The position numbers were made by a program, and so were the translations under genes. A model generated the notes under the pieces. It saw only the letters and a program-made list of their open reading frames with translations. It had not been told where the DNA came from and did no database searches. A stretch of DNA of 64,000 nucleotides from positions 124,001 through 188,000 of the forward strand of contig JBDOQK010000002.1 in the NCBI GenBank assembly GCA_040437565.1. Direction: 5' to 3'. Below, in pieces: positions 38,951 to 52,300 of the stretch. How positions within the stretch are numbered: position 1 is the stretch's first letter; the number at the start of each line of letters is the position of its first letter. Source of the DNA: Albugo candida. Lineage: Eukaryota.

Positions 38951-39891
38951 GCCGGGTAATTGCCTTTATGTGATGGGATTAATTTCGAAGCAGATCTACC
39001 AAATTGAGATTAGCACATAAAAGCCTGATGGAGATCAAAGCCTCTACTTGAGATTGACATTTTCAAAGATTTCACATAGCCCATACAGCTTCCCTCCACC
39101 CCCAGCCTATCCCTCCTCTTAATAATGGTGGATAAAAATCTTCATGTATGGAGCATGGGCTAGCCCTTGACCCGTCTCCAAGACCATTGGATAACCAGTG
39201 AGTGCACTGGACTGATGCAACCGTCAAACCAGCAAATTGTTGTGCAACATACATCACATCATCAAATAGATGGACTACTGCTCGGCTTCTTCTGGCTTGG
39301 GCATGATCGATTGGTACAGTCCGATAACCATCCGCATCAAATGGGTTGATGAAGAGATTTTATGAATTAGCCGATAATATGATTTTTGAGATACAGAAAG
39401 GGCTCAGCCAGGACGTCTAGAAGCCTGCAACTTCATCAACGCGCGTGCTTGGAGCTTATTGAAGCAGTTGCAGAGCAAGGGTCAAACTCGTGATGACTCT
39501 ACATATATCTATAAATGTAGAAAAATGCGGCTTAATATAGTGCACAGCAGGTCTCTTCTCTCGTATGTGCTTTATTTGGTATATCCGGTTTCAAGTGCTT
39601 GCAACTGGGAGATCTTACGTCTTTGCCTCTATTAAAGCATATAAAGATAAAGCAGACCTAGTGTGCGTTGCTTCTTTGTTGCTTTATTCCTTACAAGTCC
39701 TTTTGTGAAGTCAAACAATGTACTCTTTATTTCGCATGCGTTTAAATCCCATACAGAAGTTTTAAGATGACTTCATGAGCGCCGCAGTAAANNNNNNNNN
39801 NNNNNNNNNNNNNNNNNNNNNNNNNNNNNNNNNNNNNNNNNNNNNNNNNNNNNNNNNNNNNNNNNNNNNNNNNNNNNNNNNNNNNNNNNNN

Positions 39892-42800
39892 TCCATCTTA
39901 GGGTCGGATGCCATCCATCTTTTAAATTAACACCGGGATATCTTCCAGCAGAATGCTTGCAGGCTCCCAGCTATTTTCTGCAGCATTCAAACCGATCCAT
40001 TGAACTAGAACCTCCCACTGATATGTATATGAACTGATGTGGCACTCCAGAAACGTTTTCACCAAATGTCCACCATTTGCATACACCATGTAGTCTTGCG
40101 AACCTTGCGTAACACCCAAATCTCGCTGTAGAATTTCAATCTCGTGACATGCCGGATAATAGTAGCAAATGGTTCAACCAGCTCTTTTATGTCGCAAATC
40201 CACCTGTTTAAATTTTGCCCAATGTAACATGATCTTTTTTTTTGTCGCATAATATTCCAGATAGAACAAAATCCCCAATCTCAAAATTCTCGGGAGACAT
40301 GCCGTGCTTGTTTTTTCTACGTATGGCAGCATCATTTTTCTTCTTTTCCACGTCGGACACTCGTTGATGCATGCCGTCCAGCGTAGCTTGTAACGTCTCA
40401 ATGTGCTTCAGCTGCGTGTCATTAAGGCCCTGTTCCGTACACGAGAAAAACTGCGTTCCTCTTGGTGGCTGGTACACTACACTGATCGGATCCTGTCGCG
40501 GCAATCCATCAATGGGCCATGACCGGGGCAATTCCACCAAGCCTACTGGACAAAAGCTGATTCAACGTTTACTGACACAGGGACAGTAAATATGGCCAAT
40601 ATCCGATACTCTGTTTGCGCTCGCCCATGAGGGATGGCATGACTTTAAGCACCTGACGATTCATCACCTCCACCACTCCAATTACCTACGGGAAATATGT
40701 CGTGACGAATTAGTGTTTAGTGACCAGCATTTGTAATTTTACATGACTTCGTTTTTGATATGGGAGCCTTGATCCGCTACCCGCCATAGAACCACACTAT
40801 CGCTTAGAGCACCTGGACGGTCATCTTCGTGCTCGCCATTCTTGTTGGTATCAGTTCGCAGAATCCACTCATCGCATCTTGTGATACCAACACGTAACAG
40901 AGCCCATGCATGTTCAAGAAATCATATTGCAGTATTTCGTTCGGTTTGGTTACTCGTAGCGTTTCTTCATAATGTCTTGAACATATTACTCCTTTGCCAC
41001 CAAAAACACTGTAAGCATTTTGTCACAAACGCTCTCACATCTGACTTTATTGTCGTCCATGCGACATGTTCTTCTAGAATGCATAGTGTTGTAGCCATTC
41101 ACGATGGCCTGGAGCCAGCACGAGCTAGGATACCTAGCCTCTGTTGTAAGCTGATAGCTGCATCGGGTATCCATATGCGTTTTTTTTTCAACCCAAATGG
41201 ATCTCTCGACATCCTTTACCAGATCCTGATGGATAAAGTGTTTGCGCTCTTTTTGCTGTATCTCCCTGGTTTCATCCAAGAAATTCCATTCAAAATGTTC
41301 ATTTTCCAGCGGGGAGATATCTTCGACCATAGCTAATGCACAGCATCTTGGTGCTATTTGTTGACCACTTCATGCTTAGCTCTCCCCATCGTGATGATAA
41401 ACACCCCCGAACGTTTATGTCACCTGCCGCATGCTCGACTCTTTATCTAAATATTTGTATAACCATGGCCCAACGTTGTAGTTTTTGTCTGCTGTAGGTC
41501 GAGCAATAGAGCCCATCAGCACTATGTGGGTCGAAAATGATTCGTAAATTGCGGTGATCGGTGGATATATGGAAACCCTTTTCTCTAAACAACAGATTAT
41601 ACAATCTTTTGCATGTTTCCACTATCGCATATGCCTCCTTTTCAATCGCTGCCCACCTCAACATTGACATTTTGAAAGATCCACTCAGAAATGCCAATGG
41701 AAAATGACTTTCCTCTATTCTTTGTTTAGAGATTTACCCCGGAGCCATCTGCGTGATTATAGCGCCCTAATGGTCTTGCGATGCATCCTTAAATCCTGTG
41801 CCATCCCTGTATGGCTCGATATGTTGTTGTGCATCGAGTTTACAGGACATATATATTGGTGAAGTTCAGCTGTAGTCTCCGGAATTTCGAGTTCGCACAG
41901 ACCTTGAATTCTACTCGCGCAATGACTGACCCCTTTTTTTAGATTTTCTTTCCGCACCATATTGTGAAATAGGTGAGGAATACTCATTTCGCAGGTTTCA
42001 GTTTCACCCCTATATTCTTTGCACGCTGTAATACTATAAAGGATGAAATCCGTTTCGGCATACCCGAGAACATTATCTGACCATACTTTCACTCCCTTTC
42101 CTAATAGAGGCTTCATAACTTGTTTGGCCACCTGTTCTACGTAAGCCACTGCATCTGTTGATCCCATGATCACTCTATTCGCAGCAATAAGCCGTTCAGT
42201 GTTAGTACTCTAAAATCGTCTTTGTTGGTCTCATCCAGAGGTATTTGCTAATAGAAACGGAAACAATCCAACGAAAAATTACACGTTGCTCCTTCCAATT
42301 GAGCCAAGGCTACCTACAAATGCGTCATTGGGCACGCCATCGATACTGTTACTGCATTGATAGCACGTAAATCTGCTGTCATGAAATATTCCTCGACTGT
42401 TTTCTTTGCCACGATGCGAGGGGCACTTCCCCATAGTGAAGCTGGGTTTCTGTAAACCAAGTTGTGGTCCACCAGTTCCTCTAATTCTTTTTTGAATGAT
42501 CCCTGTGCAAAGGTGGGTATCGTCTAGACTTTGTCATGATAGGATTTGATCCTTCTTTTAGCTGTTCTCTAACAGGAGCAACTGCCACTGGAGCAAATTT
42601 TACCTAAAACACATCTTGAGATTTTTTAACAGTTCCGTCAGACGTTCTATCGAGTCTGGCTTTGCGCCTATCTTTTCTTCATCCCTCGACTTTTCTTCCA
42701 GTAGTTTTTGAGTTATTTCCCTATGACTGCTTATTTTCCCCACTTCTCGTGTATACAAATATGTCTCTTTTCATCGCTGATAATTTCCATGTCTCATAAA

Positions 42801-45081
42801 GCTTTTTTTCACGGCCGTGCAGAAACTTACACACAGGTGATTGGAGCGGTGTGGCTTCCTGCTCATTCCATATCATCTTTTTCCCCCTCGCTCCGTCCAA
42901 GATGGCTGCAACCGAGTCCTCCATTTTCTCCATCATTTTGCTTTCTAAACTCTGGGATAATAGTTTATCCTCTTCATTTACCAATGCTTCGAGCTTTCTC
43001 CAGGTAAGTGGTCCACCACTAGTTCTGAACTCGACGCAGTTCAGTAGTACCTAGGACTGCAAATGGATACACTGGATCTGGATCTGGATCTTTTTTTCAG
43101 ATCCAGTGTATCCATTTGCAGCCCTAGTAGTACCATTCTTTTCACTCAAGATGGGATATTACCCAGGGTACTTATGTTTAGCGGCCGTTGCAGCTCCTTA
43201 TGCGCAGAAACGTCTGGAGGACAGGTATTACCGAATCTACTGATTTGATACGGCAATCCGAGCCTTAATGCAATAGCATTTTAACATTTCCTATTCCATC
43301 CATCGAAGCCTTGATCTCTCCGCTAGTTCCAAAAACCGACACTTTGCTCACTCGTATTTTAACCCTTCACAGTTTTTTCCACGGAAATCTTCCCTGATCC
43401 AAAAGCAACTCCGCTTCACCCGGTGCACATGACGGATAATTGCGAATAGAATNNNNNNNNNNNNNNNNNNNNNNNNNNNNNNNNNNNNNNNNNNNNNNNN
43501 NNNNNNNNNNNNNNNNNNNNNNNNNNNNNNNNNNNNNNNNNNNNNNNNNNNNCAGATCCAGTGTATCCATTTGCAGCCCTAGTAGTACCATTCTTTTCAC
43601 TCAAGATGGGATATTACCCAGGGTACTTATGTTTAGCGGCCGTTGCAGCTCCTTATGCGCAGAAACGTCTGGAGGACAGGTATTACCGAATCTACTGATT
43701 TGATACGGCAATCCGAGCCTTAATGCAATAGCATTTTAACATTTCCTATTCCATCCATCGAAGCCTTGATCTCTCCGCTAGTTCCAAAAACCGACACTTT
43801 GCTCACTCGTATTTTAACCCTTCACAGTTTTTTCCACGGAAATCTTCCCTGATCCAAAAGCAACTCCGCTTCACCCGGTGCACATGACGGATAATTGCGA
43901 ATAGAATGCTGCGTAGTATCACACTCCAGACACTTCTTCTTGGTGACCTGCTTGTACCAAAATCCAAAACTCTCTCATTCTTTACTTTTGGAAAATTTCT
44001 TCCTTCCTTCTTCGTATTGCTTCCGGCTCCCACTACATGAAACTTTTCAGCAGGTCCTGCCACAATTTGCACAACACCACAGAATTTCTCGTTTTCTTTT
44101 CATGTAGGTCCATCTCCAATTTTTTCACAACTTTGCGTTTGAACGCCGGTGGTTCCAAACATCAACGATCCACTTAGACATTCTTTTCGAATCCACCTGC
44201 TCCACGTACACCTGTCGACCGTGCTGGTTCAATATTCTGTAAACCATATTCCTCAATCGAGATATTCTCCAGTCGGCATCCATTAAGGTCATATCTAGCC
44301 TTATCCTCCGCATTTCTGCGTCTATTTTTGCTAAATCCACGCAATCGGGCTGTTTTGCTTCCCGAGAGTAAGTAATCCAGTCTTATTCGGTGATGTCCTT
44401 GGGATATTTATCCATCTCAAATCTCATGATCTGATCCCTTTGCCAAACGTCCACACAGGCTGTTACAAACGGCTTGTTCATGGTCATTTCTTTGAAGAGC
44501 AGCGTGTTTAAATATTTTTGATATTCCTTTGCAAATTTTCGCTTATCCTTGTACGTTTCCTTTTTGTAAATCAGGCGTCGTGGGAGTGGAGGCGCGTTTG
44601 TTATCCAACTTTCTACGGAAACGTCGTTCATTTCGATGTCTTCTGTCATCCTCCAAACACGTTCTTCGTTCAGCTCTCCAACGAACGGTCCAGTCGGGTC
44701 GAGTCATCGCAACCCTCGACCTTGTCGTTTTTCTTCTGCTCCTGGTACGATTCGTCTGAGTTCCTCTTACATGTCTTCGTTTGTGCTCATGATCTTCACA
44801 AATATCCAAGTATGTTTCATTTTGAACTTATTTAGAAGAAAACAAGTAACAAACTAAAGTTAGCTGTGATATCTCGTTCACTCCTGAAGAAGTCTTCTCT
44901 CCTTCAACCGCCGACGGCTTCGGCGTTGTTTGTTTTGAGCCGAGGTTTTAATCGAAGTGTGTTATATTAACTCAGCTATTCTTAGCCTCTCAATTTTTTA
45001 TCCAATAGGATTGACTGCTGACAGTACTAAGGATATACTCAGATAATCCATCCGATTTAAGGTGTACCACCTAAAATCACA
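39892..45081 (-). mobile_element. Ty3/gypsy LTR retrotransposon with chromodomain integrase (chromovirus-like), degenerate; 3' end at a gap
   Basis: Order gag (43900-44650), PR (D-T-G-S near 43100), RT (WGSAPRIV, MGSTDAVAY), RNase H (AFLSGSF, WAAIEKEAYAI, STDHRNL), IN (VADQGSH), chromodomain (WEVLVQWIGLNAAENSWEP). Candidate 5' LTR TGTGAT...ATCACA at 44865-45081. Confidence 0.92.
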
Positions 45082-45099
45082 TCATCATCACCAACAGTT

Positions 45100-47150
45100 T
45101 GACTCCGATGACCGCAAATCAAAAGTGTTTTACTTAAGATTCTCTCAGTACCGGTTTTTATGGAAAGATACTCGTGACCTAACCTTGGGATGGGTACCGG
45201 GCCCATCAAAGATGCAAAATCCAATTGCAAGTGCAGTATTTCTCTGTCAACTACCGACAAATAATTTGGCTTGTTCTACTTCCTTTTACTGTATAAAACT
45301 TCACGAATAGTTGTGCCTGAAGCTTGTTCGTTCAAGGACAGGATACTCAATTCACGAAGTTTTCTGGTATGCCTCTTTACAGTGAAATGTGTTGAGACAT
45401 TTCATTAGGGATTCGGCCCCTAATTGCATGTTCATGGAATCTAATACATTAGTACTCCATGCAGACTTGCTATCTCGTCACGTGTTATAGAGGAGCTATA
45501 GTCGCTATACTCGAAAAGTGATGACGGAGATGGCTCTAAATGTAAATGAAAATACTCTCCCTACCGGACCGGAGTTTATTTGATGCTTAAAATAACTGAT
45601 TCCTACTCGACATGTATCAATGTACAAACTATCATACTTTTATTAATGTAAATGGTGGAGATCAAATCGTTCCACTTGCTGCATTCACATTTCGTCCCAC
45701 GCTGTCCAGATTTAAGCTCACCTTTGAAAGCTAGTATTATCGCGATTTCTACATACATGGGTTGTACAATATGATTCCTTTATTCGGGCACATCACTTGA
45801 AAACTATCGGCGATCTTCTTCAGTGAGATTGGCACATCTGCCAATCTGCGCACTTTTGTAAATTTGCCGCAACCAGGCTTCTAGACGGAAAAGGAAGGCT
45901 ACTAATTTTCCTCGTTGACAACAACATATGACTGCTAAATGGCTCGGTAGCCTTAGTAGGGTTTAGATGATACGAGATAGGGAGGGGTCAGGTAACATCG
46001 AAAGTCGTCGGTCATTGATGAAGGTAAGTTTTGTGCTGAAGTGAAGGAGTACATCAGCTGGAAGCAATTTCACATTTTATCTCAATTCAAGCATAATTAA
46101 CATTTTTAATGCTCCTCAGTATAGCAAATGTTTTCTCAGCTAATTTTGTGCATCAACATCCAACATGAGTCCAGCATTGATCAAATCGCTTGCTGACGGA
46201 ATGCTACCGCATTACCGCACCAAGTTGCCTTTACATGGGTGTGAGCGATGTTACATCATCGTAATTGTTTTCTTATTTTTGAAACGCTGCTACAGAATGT
46301 GTAGGAATACATCACCAATTCTGATTTACATCACACAGAGATAATGCACTTTTCATCGCGGATGTGGATATTTGACAAAGTCACCTTCGAACGGTTTCCG
46401 AAGATCGGCTCCACTTAGCGTGTACTTTGTCTTTTAGCTAAATAATGGCATGTTCAGTGAGTTGCGCTTGAAAGTTATGCGATATCTTGCGTCCTGTATC
46501 AAACGTCACACCCATCAGCGCGAAAATTACCCATCCCACCAAGTTCGTACTTATCTTGATAGCACGCCAGAACCTTTTATTTAGCGCAAATTTTTTTTCT
46601 CAGCAATCACTAATAGCAGAGCATCTGGAAAGCATATTCTAATGTAATTCACTTTTGACTTTAACAACAAGAATACTCTCTGTCAATAATACATACGAAT
46701 CACAACGTCTGCAGGTGATGTACAGTTTACGGTTAATTATCGGGCAGATCTGGCTCCAGCCTCAACATCATAACGTATGATACTGGCAAGCCTTTTCATC
46801 CTCCTATTTCAACACGGAGCACATAACTTGTAACCTGACATCGCCAGTGCTTTTAAAGCTAGTAGAAAAAAGATGTGCGGTCAAATTATTGTGTATCCAA
46901 CCGGTGCCCCGCTGTCTAGTGTGTTCGAGTCAGATCACACCACTCGACTTCATATTCTAGCTGCATTCCCCTTCAAGCGGCACCTGTGACATCCAATATA
47001 TCCACTTTTGATGGCTCCAAATCAGCTCTGTCATTATCTGGCTCACCAACAATGACAGAGCAAAATCCAAGGATCGAAGCGCAATGAATCGTGGTCTTCT
47101 CACTTATTTCAATCGTTTTTTTTATAAAACTTTCTGGTGCATTCTTCGTG
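45100..47150 (-). pseudogene. Decayed divergent Hsp70-like family member (copy 8)
   Basis: GYIGCHRCRL, TSPADVVIRM, LKSKVNYIRICFPDAL (~LGKTVTNAVVTVPAYF) and KYTLSGADL (~DTHLGGEDF) in collinear order; heavily eroded. Confidence 0.35.
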
Positions 47151-47201
47151 TTGCTGTAGCTGAGGCAGCTGTGCTCGGAAGTATCATCCTGACTTCATTT
47201 G

Positions 47202-48893
47202 CTACTTTTTTGCTCGACTTTTCCTTTTGGAGATATCAGTGATTTTATATGGTCGATCGTCATGTTCTTCCGTATCCGACTCTGTGAAGTCGTTGGCGGT
47301 CGGTGGACGAGGACGAAATTGTCCAACGCCTTGTGTCGTGCCTGCTTTGTTTGTACCCTCGGCTGATTTCTGACCTCGGAACTTTCTTGAAGAATCCATT
47401 AGGATCATCGCGTTCTGGCTGTTATAGTTTCCTGTAGTGATATTGTGCAGATTAACGAGCTCACCGACTCGATGCTCGATAAAGCCGAGAAGTTTGATGG
47501 TATTCTCTTCCGTGACACCACTGGACTGCAATTGTTGCAAAAAAGCTTCATCCGAAGTACCGATTTTATGCAAAATACTAAGCGCTCCGCTTTTCAAAAC
47601 TTCTGCAATTTCCGACGACTCAGCATATCGAGATTCAAAATGCAAAACTTTCTGCTTGGATTTCTCTATTTGGCCTTCAAGCTGCTGTTTTAGTCCCATA
47701 CGGTGTGCTTCAGTGCCTCCCGCTCCTTTGCATAGCTCCAACATGCTTTCCAAGCGATGATTCTCGATCTCAAGAGCCTCCATTTCAGCGTTAAGTTCGT
47801 TAATCATGTTAAAGAATGAAAAGTTTTGTTCTTCGGCGGCTGTAAGAGCTCTTGCTAGCTCTTCCGGGCTTTTCAAGCCTGTCTTTTTTTCGACTTTTGC
47901 TAGACCGATTTCGACCGTTCGAAGTCGCTCTGTTTGTCGGCCAAGTTCATTCTCCTTCTCAGCGATAAGCTGGCCGGTGGGAATAGTGTCATTGCGCCCC
48001 GTTATGGAACGCGACGAGGTATTTTCGTAATCAGTGCTTATCGCATTCTCTTTGTATGCTTGATTCGAGAAGACAGCTTGCTGCTCCTGATTCAACCTCG
48101 TCGGACTTTTTTTCAGCTTCATTTTGGTCAATTCAGGGATAATATTTCTGGTCTGCTCTATTTCCGCCTTGCGTTCGCTCCAGCTGAATTGGAAATCGCG
48201 AATCTCTTCTAGCTTTTGTTGCTCTAGTGCTTCTACTTGACGATTGGCGCGATCTCGAGCTTCATAGGCGCTTTGTATAGCTGACGTGAGCTTGGATGTC
48301 TCACTTTGTTTCTGGTTTGCTTCCCGTTCCAGTTTCACTTGTATGCTGTGCTGTTGTACTTTTTCACGACGAAGTGATTGAATTGTGTCGCGCATTTTCC
48401 GATTGGAGTTGCACTACAATCAAAGTATCATAACTGATCGCTGCTTCACGATCTAATGACGTACCATATCGTTATAGCGAACGATGAGTTTGTCCAATCG
48501 ATTCTCTAGTATTGGGATCCCACGGCCCTGCGTTATACTTGTGGTCGCATTATCACTACTTTTTGCAGTATCCTTGTCCAAACTACAATTTTTCTTGAGC
48601 AGTATGGGAGCTTGAGTAGAGCTTTTGGAAAGTTTGACTTTTGCTTCCTTATGCATTGCCTGCAGACGTGTGATACATGCATCCAAATCCGCATTTCGAC
48701 GCTTCTCGAAATCTAGTTTCTTTGCGTAATTATCGCCTTGCTGCATCACTGAATGCAATCGATCCCGAAAAAACGGACTGTCGAGTTTGGTTGGCGATTT
48801 CAGCTTTCCATCCGACAACAAAAAACGAGGATTTTTCGATCTAGCCGTATTATTTGCTATACTGCCACGGGGTGTCTGGATACCACTACTCAT
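47202..48893 (-). CDS. Outer dynein arm docking complex subunit (ODA-DC2 / CCDC114-CCDC63 family); exons 48893-48465 and 48413-47202
   Basis: A 51-nt GT-AG intron (48464-48414) joins ILENRLDKLIVRYNDM|CNSNRKMRDTIQSLRREK. Family motif AEEQNFSFFNMINELN; long coiled coil. Confidence 0.8.
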
Positions 48894-49331
48894 GCTGTCA
48901 GGAATGAGCTTTAGGGTCTACTTCATATAGTTCTCAGCGATTAGTCAATGCAATTCAAAACGATCACTTTATTTTTAGTTTAACTGTAGAAATAGCGTAA
49001 GCCAAGTTAAATGTTTGCTAGCCAAGTCCCACCTACATCTCTCTCTACCCTTTTCTTTCTCTCTAAATCACATCTCAATTGTCCATTCGTTCAGTGAGCA
49101 TTGCCTGCATGATATCACATGCGGTTTGACGCAAAGTCTGTCATACTTTTGTAATGCTGTCACCTCAATTAAGGTGCACTTAATTAATGTTTCCACATTA
49201 TNNNNNNNNNNNNNNNNNNNNNNNNNNNNNNNNNNNNNNNNNNNNNNNNNNNNNNNNNNNNNNNNNNNNNNNNNNNNNNNNNNNNNNNNNNNNNNNNNNN
49301 NTCCACCTTTCTAGAAGAAATATCAAACAAA

Positions 49332-52300
49332 ATGTCCGATTGGGTGAGTACATGGCTCAGAGGGAACGAGCAGGGCGTAAACGCAAATGTACCTCCAATG
49401 AATTCATCTTCGTCTGCACAAATTCCATCTGCAGATGAATTGAGACGGAAGAGACTTGAGCGTCTACAGGCAGCCCATTTTACAGAACAACAAGCCAAAA
49501 CTACAGATCAAGAGGAGAAAAGCCTTCATGCTGAAGCTGTTTTGGCGACGCAACCCTCCGAAAAGCCTACACCCCAGATTTCCATTCCTTTGCAATCAGA
49601 AAAACTCAGGGATACACGGGACGTAGACGTGAAAACTCCCAAAACAGCAGCGCTAAAGCGCCCGTATGTCGATAAGATGCTTCAGCGTATTCTTCAGCTG
49701 ACGATCGACCCAGAATCACGAAATACGTACATTTATATCCCAGCATACACAAACATGTTGCCCGAATCGGAATCAGTTTATTTGAACACGTCAAACTACA
49801 GCGAAGTTTTATATGCAAGGATAATCATCGACCCAGCCGAACTGATCAACAATCAAGATGCTTATCAGGTACAGACTCCAGTTGCTGTGGTACTATACCT
49901 TGAGCAGTGTTATTATCGCTGCCTGGATGAATTAGACATATTGCGGTCGACTCGAACGCTTCGATCACTGGATACTGCGCAACGTCAAGAAGCTATTGAC
50001 TGCGTCGAATCACTGAAAGATATGTGCATCAGTTATACTGTCACAGCCTTGATTGAGCCAGAGATATTTCCTTACCAGACGGGAACCATCATGCAGGATG
50101 CGTGGGAAAAAGTGATTCGAACTCAAGTTAACGCTCATACGCCTACTTTTATTGAGAAGGTTGCTCTTGAACTTGATCAACAGAACGAAGAAGAATTTGT
50201 GCGTATATTTGCATCGATCTTCCAAAAGTTGATTGCTGAGCTTTTCAGCATTCAGCCGCCGTCTTTATTCTCCAATTTCTACGAGAATCTGAATTTGCTG
50301 GCGATTTTGTCTCGCATCAAAACAGTTGCCGCAGTATTTACGCAAATCAATGGGTTCCTCCTGACACCAGGCAACCATTTTACTGGAAGACGACTGCAAG
50401 ATGCTACAGCGCTTGGAATTGTATTGCGGTTCAGTACTTATCAGGACCCAAATGTGCAGCAAATGTTTAGTCACATCACGAAGCGGACGAAACAAGAAGT
50501 AGATCACAATATTTACGGTCTTCAGCTTAAGATGACTAGTCTACAATCCGCTGCAACTGACATCTTCAAATCGATGCTCAAAGCAGGTCCTATGACGAGG
50601 AATCGAGTACTTCAATGGTTCGAACAAGCAATGCAAGTGAATGCCGAACGAGCAAAAGAAAACCCTGATGCAAATATCACTTCCACCAATGGAATGATGC
50701 TCAATCTCACGATGGTTCTACTCCGTCTATGTGGTCCATTTTTATCGCTGGATGCGAAGAAAGCCGATTTGATCGATGTAAAGTTTCTGACAAGCTCATC
50801 CTCCATCTTTCCTGCCGATGTCACCAAATTGATCCCGTCTTCGCATCCGGATGCGGATTCTGGTGAAAAACCAGCAAGCGAGAATTTCAATTTTGTCACG
50901 CGCTGTTTCTTTCTAACAGCCCGAGCGGTACATCTTGGTCCAGTTGCTGCGATTTCGCAGTATATGCGCTTAGCTCGCCAGCTTTCTTTCATCCAAAGTC
51001 GATTGAATGAAGATTCAGATCCTCGTATGCGCGCACATTTTGAAGCTTTGGTCAGTTCGAAGATTGTTATGGACGCTGAATTGCTACATCCAGAGCTGGT
51101 ACACGAACTCATCCGATTTGTGCAATTGTCTTCCTATGTGGCTGTTTCGGTCTGCAAAGCAGCCAGTGCGCAAAACTGTCAAGAATTCCATCTACCGCTT
51201 GCCGATCCCGTGAATGTCGGTCCACAAGATGCTTTGTTGATGTTTCCAGCACATTTCATTGAGGATATATGCGCCGTGTTGATCTTCATATCGCGAGTCT
51301 CACCAAAGTCGTTGAGTACTTTTGCATTGGACCCATTGCTCGACATGATTCTGATCTTCCTTTCAAGCCCATCGTATATTCATAGTCCTCACTTGCGTGC
51401 GAAAATGAGTGAGGTTTTGTATCATGTTTTTCTGCCGTCGGATGAGGCAGAAGAGCATCAAAGCGCTGCGTCAACTTTAGCAATTGATCTCCTTTCAACG
51501 TATCCGCTGGCTCAGGAGCATTTAGCACCTTGCCTTCTCGCATTGTATGGTGATGTGGAACAAACTGGTTTTTATGAAAAGTTGGAACATCGTTATCATA
51601 TCGCTTGTCTGCTACGCTATCTGTGGAAAGTCCCTGGTCATAAATCCGCGTTTGTTCGAATTTCGGCGGATGAAGATAAATTTGTCAAATTTGCTCATGG
51701 ATTGATGAATCACATCAACAGCTTGGTGACGGATGCACTGATTGCACTTCCAGAGATCAAGCAATTGCAAGAAGAGATGCAAGATGAAGCGCGATGGATG
51801 GCTTTGGATGAAACCGTTCGAGAACAGAAGCAAAATTTGTTAGCCGACAAAGAACGAACCGTGACATCGAGCCTTCAGCTTGCAAATGAAACCATTCACA
51901 TGATGTCTTACCTGACGACCGAAATCCAAGAACCTTTCTTGCGCAAGCCAGAGCTCGAAGAGCGTCTAGTGAGCATGCTGAACTGCGTATTGGTCAAATT
52001 AGCAGGTCCTCGTGGTCTCGAGCTCAAAGTGAACAATCCCGAACAATACCGATTTCGTCCAAAAGAGATGCTGAAAGAAGTAGTTGAAACACTTATGCAT
52101 TTTGCTGAGTTTACGAGTTTCCAGGAAGCAGTCGCACTCAATGGGTTTTACGAGGAGAAAATATTCAGCAAATGCAGCAATATTCTCCGTCGCACACAGC
52201 TCTTACCAGACCAAGTCATCACAAAGTTTGATGTTTTCCTCAACAATGTGGCACACCGGGCAAGCCAATTGAAAGATGACGAAGCAATGCTCGGAGAGAT

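Noticed and set aside
38968-39120. TGTGA...TCACA segment next to a purine tract, possible gypsy 3' LTR
   Set aside because: No similarity to the candidate 5' LTR at 44865-45081 and no TSD found.
43098-43907. Exact 355-bp direct repeat (43098-43452 / 43553-43907)
   Set aside because: Flanks an N gap; assembly artefact, not an LTR.
47025-47061. 11-bp stem hairpin GCTCTGTCATT/AATGACAGAGC
   Set aside because: Expected by chance in 64 kb; no RNA family features.
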